Origin: Schmidtea polychroa
Lineage: Eukaryota
NCBI GenBank assembly: GCA_044892525.1
Contig: CM097885.1
Span: 81,654,001-81,718,000, forward strand
DNA: 64,000 nucleotides
Reading direction: 5' to 3'
This document shows, in pieces, positions 57,348 to 64,000 of the stretch (position 1 is the stretch's first letter; every line of letters starts with the position of its first letter). The position numbers were made by a program, and so were the translations under genes. The notes beneath the pieces were generated by a model. The model worked only from the letters and a program-made list of their open reading frames with translations, was not told where the DNA came from and made no database searches.

Positions 57348-58049
57348 ATGAACACTGAAAACGGACAACCCAGCATAACATCTATAATCGAGTTAGAAGA
57401 GGGAGAAATTGAAGTTGATGAAGTGGAGAGGAAGAAAACTATCAAGGAAGAATTACAAGAAGAGAGACAGGAAAACGAAAGATTAGTTGAAAGGTGGAGA
57501 GATAATCGAAAAATGATTAAAGTATTGAAAAGAGAATATATCTTGTTAGAAGGAGTAAAGAAAGAGGTAGAGGAAGAAAACGAATGGCTTCACGAGCAAA
57601 GAAAGCGAGGGAGAAATTGGGAAAAGATTGCGGAAGAATTATGGCAGGAGAGGGCCAGTCGAAAGGCCGACGAAGTGATTAGTGACTATTGGAAAACCGA
57701 GGCACGGAAACACCAAGAAAGCCTGAAAGAGTTACAACTCCAACTACACCAAAAACAGAAAGAATGTGAGATAATGAGACGAATGAACAACAAATACCAG
57801 GAAATAGACAACGAAGAAGACGGGGAAAGGGAAAATGATTTCCTACAGATAATGAACCATAGAAACCTCGAAAGAGCAACACAAGAAATAAAAGCACTAA
57901 AAGAAAAAATAATAACCCTAAGGCAACAGTTAGACGAAAGAGACAAACAATTAAAAGTGCTACCCGAATTGAGAAAACGAGTAATAAAAGCAGAAACGAG
58001 AGTGATGAGAACATCCGAGAAAACCCGTAAAAAGAAAACCCGGCAATAA
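57348..58049 (+). CDS. Accessory coiled-coil protein, 233 aa, function unknown
   Basis: ATG ORF, E/K/R-rich, basic C-terminus RKKKTRQ. Confidence 0.72.
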   Translation: MNTENGQPSITSIIELEEGEIEVDEVERKKTIKEELQEERQENERLVERWRDNRKMIKVLKREYILLEGVKKEVEEENEWLHEQRKRGRNWEKIAEELWQERASRKADEVISDYWKTEARKHQESLKELQLQLHQKQKECEIMRRMNNKYQEIDNEEDGERENDFLQIMNHRNLERATQEIKALKEKIITLRQQLDERDKQLKVLPELRKRVIKAETRVMRTSEKTRKKKTRQ

Positions 58050-58104
58050 TTAAAGATGAATGATCAATGTAAATAATTGTAAATAAAAATTTTCGTATAG
58101 TAGT

Positions 58105-58740
58105 ATGTGGTTCGGAGCAACCTTGGTGACAATAATGATGATAGCGATAAACGGGAGACCCATGTGGCAGCCAATCCCAACATTCTGGGAGAATCCCGAG
58201 AAACAGCAAAACCCTTTAACCAAACTAAAAAGCGAGAGAAAGCTCCCCAACAACATCCCGAAACAATGCTGGAACAAAGTCGTCTGGAAAAAACTTCAAA
58301 TGCAACTCCACCTACAAACCCAAAAAATCGAACAGCTCGAAATTCTCTTACAAGAACAAACCACCCAACAATCCTTGAAGGAAATCATCATGAAGAAGGA
58401 AGTAAAAGAAAGCCAAGTCTTACTCTATACTACCATCAGTGAAACCCTTATCATCTGCGCACTAGTCATCTGGAAAGCGTATGATATTCATCGAACATGG
58501 AGAAGAAACCAGTCACTATCCGAAAAACACGAAAGAAAGAACCTACGATCGAAAAATAAACATAAACGAGCAGTACATTTTCAACAACCAAACCCACCCG
58601 ACCAAATGCAACAAAATCTATCCCCTGACCAAATGCCTGTTACAATCCAGCTCCCCACGATAACAACTTCGACCAGCCATCCGACCCAGAACTCAACCAA
58701 CCAAGACAGTAATAACATTCCGAACCTTGAGATCATGTGA
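58105..58740 (+). CDS. Accessory putative membrane protein, 211 aa
   Basis: N-terminal hydrophobic MWFGATLVTIMMIAING, internal TM-like ISETLIICALVIWKAY, P/Q/T-rich tail. Confidence 0.62.
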   Translation: MWFGATLVTIMMIAINGRPMWQPIPTFWENPEKQQNPLTKLKSERKLPNNIPKQCWNKVVWKKLQMQLHLQTQKIEQLEILLQEQTTQQSLKEIIMKKEVKESQVLLYTTISETLIICALVIWKAYDIHRTWRRNQSLSEKHERKNLRSKNKHKRAVHFQQPNPPDQMQQNLSPDQMPVTIQLPTITTSTSHPTQNSTNQDSNNIPNLEIM

Positions 58741-58931
58741 CATCGACTATTCATAAACTTTGTGTGTATAAATCCGGTCACCTAAAGTGGCCACTGCTTG
58801 CTTATATTTGTCCTTTGATCTGTTTAATTAAAGTATTATTTAGTTATTTTAATTTTATGTTTGTGTGAATGTTGACCGTGAAATTAGTTGTTATGCCGAA
58901 AAAGGTATGAGTTAAACGTATGATATTATGT

Positions 58932-58970
58932 GAATTGCGGGGCGCAATTTTAACGGGCCCCGGAGTGATT
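58932..58970 (+). promoter_or_regulatory. Atypical plus-strand priming region (hairpin plus interrupted purine tract)
   Basis: AATTGCG-GGG-CGCAATT hairpin, then TTAACGGGCCCCGGAGTGATT immediately before the 3' LTR; no clean polypurine run. Confidence 0.4.
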
Positions 58971-61900
58971 TGTTGGGCTAAAACGTGGAGTTTCGAAAAC
59001 TGGAGCGAATAGAAAAGTAATCCTTGAAAAATAAATGAAATAAGATAAAAATATAAAGTACCATAGAAATCTCACTAGTAAATAGGAAGGAACAATAAAA
59101 TAACAATAAAAGAATAAGAATAAGTAAACAAACTAAATAAAATCCAATAAACCCCTTGAGATTTAGAAATAAAGCGATTTAGGACCCAGCAGATGAAATA
59201 GAATAAAATAAGTAAAAAAGTGACAACAAATAAAAGAGAAATTTAAGAAATAAATAAAAAAAAATAAAACTATCTTTAAGTCTAATTAAAACAAGAAATT
59301 ATATTACCATAAAGTAGCAATAAATCCACAGGAAAAATAGGAGAAAAATAGTAAAAACAAGAAAATAAATAAAATAATAATAAGAGATAAGTCAGGTCAT
59401 CAAAAATTTAAAATACGATGATAAAAACATAAAAATAATAATAAATAGTAAAAATACAAGCAGGTAGCGTCCTGATTGGACGAAAAATACTATATATGTA
59501 ACGTGAAAAATTAGACGACAACCACTTTTAATTTTTCACGATTACAGGTAAAATTTTAGAAAAACTTAAGAACCACTTTTAATTTTTCACGATTACAGAG
59601 CATAGACTTCAGATATTTCACCGAATTCAGGACTAGAATCGCAAACGCTAATTCGAGAGATTTTCAGAATTTACCTTCAATTAATTTGAAACCAGTTTAA
59701 ACTCGATTTCGTTCCAGTTTTTGAAACTATCGGTAGGCCGATTGATTTATATGTATTAGTTAATTTATTAGTGATGAAAGACAAAACTCATTTCGTAAAA
59801 TAAATTTATTGAAATACAAATGGCCTTTTCTTCATGGTGCCGGCGACTGTACCATCTGAGAGCTCCCAGTATGATGTGGATGAGTTGGAAATGTACCACG
59901 GCAGAGAACACAACAGTGGGAAGGTTGGCCCTCATAAGAAATCCCGAAGATGCTGAAAATGAGAATGTGATATTTGCAGAGAAGGATATTTATCATGTGA
60001 GAAATCTACCAAGGTTATGATGAGGCTGCGGTTGTGTGGAATGAATAACATCATACTTGGAGTCCAAATGATAGGGTCGCCGGGTGAGCTTTATTGATCC
60101 ATTTATTTTTACTGATTCATTTGCTACTATTTGATTCATTCATTCATTTTATTATTCATAAATTGTATATTAAATGTTGATTTTGTGAAAGACGAGTCAA
60201 ACGGTCCCTCACGACGATGCAAGAACGGCGGCAGAGATGATTGCCTTCTTGGGTGGGTCATGAGGGGTGAGGAGACTCCGCAGGTGGAATACTGTTGGGA
60301 GTAGAATTTCTCACATCGAGCGCGATCTGATAGAGGATCTTTCGTTTTCTTTTATGAAGTCACGCTGAAGTTCCAGAATAAATAATGTAAATTTCCAAAG
60401 TCGGAGACAATTTTTCGGATTGAGATCAGTAGTTCGTTGTTGTTAGGAAAATTTGCTTTTCCGTCGAATATTGAAGGATGTCTGAGTAGGGATGGGCGAT
60501 GAATTGTTAGAGTTTTCACTGGAAGAGCTGCTAAGCCCTTAAAAATTGAACCCCGAGAGGTACATTGCAGGGACATTAGCGAGTAAACCCATTCATTTAC
60601 TAATTTAGACTTTAGCTTGACATTGAATATCTGATAAAGTTTGGTTTGACGTTGACAGCGGCTCGTCTAAAAGGGGAAAGTAAACAAATTTTTTGATAAA
60701 GAAATAAATCACTTGCCGTGAGTCCGAGTGAAGATATCAATAGCGATAGGAGAATCATTAGTTGCCCATGGCCAGATAAGTTTCCGAGGGGGAAAATCGG
60801 CTGATAATTTGATAAAGTCATCGAACGAGTTGATTTAGAAGGCGGCAGTCGATCGAGTGTATTGAGTGGTCTTATCGTGAGTCGACCTAATATCGAAAAT
60901 CCAGAAAACAGAATAATTTTTATCTACTGAATCCGCAAGTCACCCACACAATCGAATTTCTTGAGTTTTGGACACACCAACTGAGTACCCGTCTCAACTA
61001 GAGCATCTCTCTACAACTCTACCTCTATTAATCGCTCGCCCACATGTACACATGCATCACACTCAGATTAGGTCACAGTGCACCTGTGGATATCATCATT
61101 ACCTAATCATAGGGAGAGAGTCGTAAACTTGTATCTGCTAGTGGACCACTGGATTGCGTCAGAGAACATGGCGATGCGACGAGAAATTTTTTGTGTCAGT
61201 GTGCAAGTCGCTAGTTAAATGCACCAACATGCATCGTAACGAACCCGTCGATAGTTGAGGGTACAGATAGACAATCAAATGAACACATAACTGCGCCCGA
61301 TTTAAGCGTCACTATGACGATGTTTATGACGTTAAATTGAAATAACTAATTTGTAATCCATGATAAAAATTTTAAGCGAGGGTATTATGATTTTCTTACA
61401 AACCCGAGGGGTCTACATACAAGACGGGGTGTCCCGGTAATTGCCGATTTTCCGTTCATCATATAGCCCGCGTAGAATCTAACGACGTAGCAGCAAAATG
61501 AGTAAAATATAATTGTTAAAATGTAATAACGATAATTAAGATAATAGCGTTCATAGTAACGAAGTAACAGTCATGCAGTAGTTGAAGATAGTCAAACCCA
61601 AAAAGTATACCTAAAAGCTAGCATAATGAATTGTTTTCACGAATCCCGTTTTCTTCTCATAAAGTAGTAATGATTACATGGGTTAGTTTGGATGTTTGAG
61701 ATTGCATGAAGGTGAATGTTTGCCAACGGGGTAGATTGGTAGGCCACTCTCGGATAACTTGGTCGAGGAGATCTTAAATTTCGTTTTCCGAAAATATGAA
61801 TAACACCCCAGTGAATTTTTTTTTCTATTTTTAATAAAAATTCCTTAACGATTTAGATGAATACCTCAGCCAGTTCCGGGAAAACCCTCAGACCTTGCTT

Positions 61901-63156
61901 TTCCTGTGCTGATAAAAATGCCGATATCGCACAGCTCCACTTGTACATCGGGGAATTGAAGAAGAGAATTGACCTCTATGAGGGAACGTGGTTCTCCCCA
62001 CCACAAATGAAGGAGGAGAAGAGCAAGATTCTGCGTTTGGAGCACTGCCGTGACAGTCTCCTGGAAGAAAGCAGGTGCCAGAGGCTAACCATAAAGGCCC
62101 AATCAGAGGCACTGCACAAGGTGTATTCCGAATCAGAACTAGCGAAGCGAGTTCGCGAGTACCCGATACAAGATGGGACTAACGTGTTCCCAATACACCA
62201 CAAATTAGCTGAAACCTCATCAATATCCAGTTGTAAAGGGCATGGCCCACAAATGCCGCCAATTCCCGCCCCAGTTCTTTCGGGCGATCGACCTATTGCT
62301 GGCGGTTCATCGGACCCTATCTTGGCTCCAGTACTCGTGCCACACCTCCTTCAGTCCCCAGCAGAAGCTGCACTCCCCCATCGAAAGCGTAAGCGGCTGA
62401 CGCGTTCTGAAAAAAATCAGAAGCGTAGAAATGCCATGGCCGCGCTCGAAGCATCGTTATCTGTGGCCAAAGCAACTATCAAGGAAATTACAGTTACCCA
62501 TTCCATTCCTACAAAGGAAGTATTCCGGGTAGTTCCGGCCGGCAGTATCAAATTCCTCGAAGATCGCCGGTTGCCCGTTGACATCGACGAGATGCTCGCA
62601 GAAGGAGGAGCATTCTCGTAGCCAATTCTCTCTCGGGTCTCGATTCCCCTGCTATTACGAACGAACTTGAAGAAGCGACGTTATCTCGTGACTAATCCTT
62701 AATGTTTTGCACTTGTTTAAACAATGCTGAATGTAATTTGATGTTCCGTTCTAATATAACTGTTCGATTTTCTTTGATTGTGTAAATTGTATGTATGATT
62801 TGCTACGGTTGAATTGCATGAGAGAAGGATCACGAAAATATAGTAGAAACTTAAATGTCGTACCTTTTGGACCAGGGTCGGACCGAATGATGCGTAAAGA
62901 ATGGGTAAGACCTTCTATGGCACCGTAGAACCCGAACCGAGAAAGGGTTAGGAGTAGTCCTAAGGCAGGGGCTCACCTGCTAACTCTTTCCAACCCGTGT
63001 GAGCAGTACCAACGTGGAACATCACCACGGGCTCATATGTGGGAATATGCGAATGATCATTTGGAGTGCGTGAGGGAAGGATCTGAGTAGAATAATGACA
63101 CCTGATGTGTATGATAATCATGCCTATATATTTTCTTTCCCCCACATACGCCAACA
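58971..63156 (+). repeat. 3' LTR (4,186 bp)
   Basis: Direct repeat of 32568-36753; followed by the TSD CTTT. Confidence 0.96.
61857..62621 (+). CDS. Second copy of the LTR-encoded 254-aa ORF
   Basis: Translation identical to 35454-36218. Confidence 0.68.
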   Translation: MNTSASSGKTLRPCFSCADKNADIAQLHLYIGELKKRIDLYEGTWFSPPQMKEEKSKILRLEHCRDSLLEESRCQRLTIKAQSEALHKVYSESELAKRVREYPIQDGTNVFPIHHKLAETSSISSCKGHGPQMPPIPAPVLSGDRPIAGGSSDPILAPVLVPHLLQSPAEAALPHRKRKRLTRSEKNQKRRNAMAALEASLSVAKATIKEITVTHSIPTKEVFRVVPAGSIKFLEDRRLPVDIDEMLAEGGAFS

Positions 63157-63653
63157 CTTTAAATGAATTCTAATCAGCCAAACGTCATTAAAACAAAATA
63201 GAAAAGAAATTACTAATTCAAACAAATAGAAGTTTACTAAGAAATTGTGTCACTTGTATATCGTTTGAAGCGTGAAAGTGAATTCAGTGAATTATTTGTT
63301 TGACAGTTGAAAATGAGAACTTAATTTAATTAATTTTTAATTATTTGAATTACAACTTCTTCTTTAATTAAAATGCAATTATTTTGATCATTTAAATAAA
63401 TTGTAAAAAACGTCTTGCAATGTGGGCAAAGTTCAAAATGATAATGGAGACTGCGGGAAAATAATCAAAAAGGTCAGATGTTGTCAAACATTACGTCATG
63501 AAGGCTCCGTGGGAGTTCTCTCAGTTTTTGGAGTGGGTCATAAACATGTAGCGCCTTAAATTGAAATATTTATAATTTTGAATCAGCTGTTATGATGATC
63601 CGTAATTCTGAGTTTTTATCTAAGTTAATGATAAATTTATTAATATTATATAC

Positions 63654-64000
63654 CAGGGATGGCGAACCTTTTTTTGACTGCGTGCCAATAAAAATAATTT
63701 TTATAAAATGAAAATACATGCGTTATGAAAAATTACATATACATTGATTTCTATAATTTCTTTACATAATTTTCAATGAGATTTTTGTTGTTGAATAGTT
63801 TTCGATAATTTACCAATATCCGGATGATAGTTTGACAATTTTAATGAAATACAAGCCTCGCCACATTCGTCGGTAAGTCTATTTCGTAAATCAGAATTTA
63901 TGTTATTCATTATTGAAAATAAGCTTTCACAGCTATATGTTGATGAAAATATTGTAAGAATAGCTAAAGATAATTTCTTCATCGCATTAAATGTCTCTGG
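63654..64000 (-). mobile_element. hAT (Charlie/SPIN, GTF2IRD2-like) 3' end, runs off the window
   Basis: Terminus CAGGGATGGCGAACC at 63654; ORF 63773-63982 reads FSSTYSCESLFSIMN...RNRLTD...QQQKSH*. Confidence 0.85.

Larger units (their letters stand above)
32568..63156 (+). mobile_element. Giant intact Ty3/Gypsy (Metaviridae-like) LTR retroelement, 30,589 bp, envelope-bearing, Burro-like
   Basis: Two 4,186-bp direct repeats at a constant offset of 26,403; TGTTGG...CCAACA termini; TSD CTTT at 32564-32567 and 63157-63160; tRNA-Pro PBS; PR-RT-RH-INT order in one uninterrupted ORF. Confidence 0.96.

Noticed and set aside
37231-58740. Polinton/Maverick or endogenous DNA virus
   Set aside because: No DNA polymerase B, packaging ATPase or jelly-roll capsid motifs seen; the replication module is PR-RT-RH-INT between LTRs.
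40697-58781. Many short minus-strand and alternate-frame ORFs overlapping the element genes
   Set aside because: Shadow ORFs caused by the A-rich coding strand; no motifs, and many start at TTG/GTG.
32568-63156. The 4.2-kb direct repeat as a segmental duplication or assembly collapse
   Set aside because: TG/CA inverted termini, the CTTT TSD, the PBS position and at least one nucleotide difference all fit true LTRs.

Overview
Very AT-rich eukaryotic (metazoan-like) draft DNA with several N gaps. Bases 1-32.5 kb are mostly decayed transposons (piggyBac, hAT MITEs and relics, a near-complete Tigger/pogo, Gypsy and Penelope fragments, microsatellites), plus two candidate exons of a small secreted host gene. 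The main feature is one intact, very young 30,589-bp Ty3/Gypsy-type LTR element at 32568-63156. It has 4,186-bp near-identical TG...CA LTRs, a 4-bp CTTT target-site duplication and a tRNA-Pro PBS. Its single 4,811-codon ORF runs Gag (3 CCHC) - 3 ubiquitin-like modules and a partial CARD-like segment - Bcl-2-like domain - signal peptide plus chuvirus/class-III-like glycoprotein plus TM - protease - RT - RNase H - integrase - two ankyrin clusters - a second signal/ectodomain/TM protein. An envelope-like protein therefore sits inside the polyprotein, between Gag and Pol. The element also carries an IAP-type RING ORF, a full intronless TRAF, three coiled-coil ORFs, a small membrane ORF and a 254-aa ORF inside each LTR; most of these ATGs directly follow an AG acceptor-like site. 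Size and cargo recall the giant Burro elements of the planarian Schmidtea mediterranea (from memory, not verified), so a planarian host is an inference. All domain calls were made by eye from motifs; no database searches were run.
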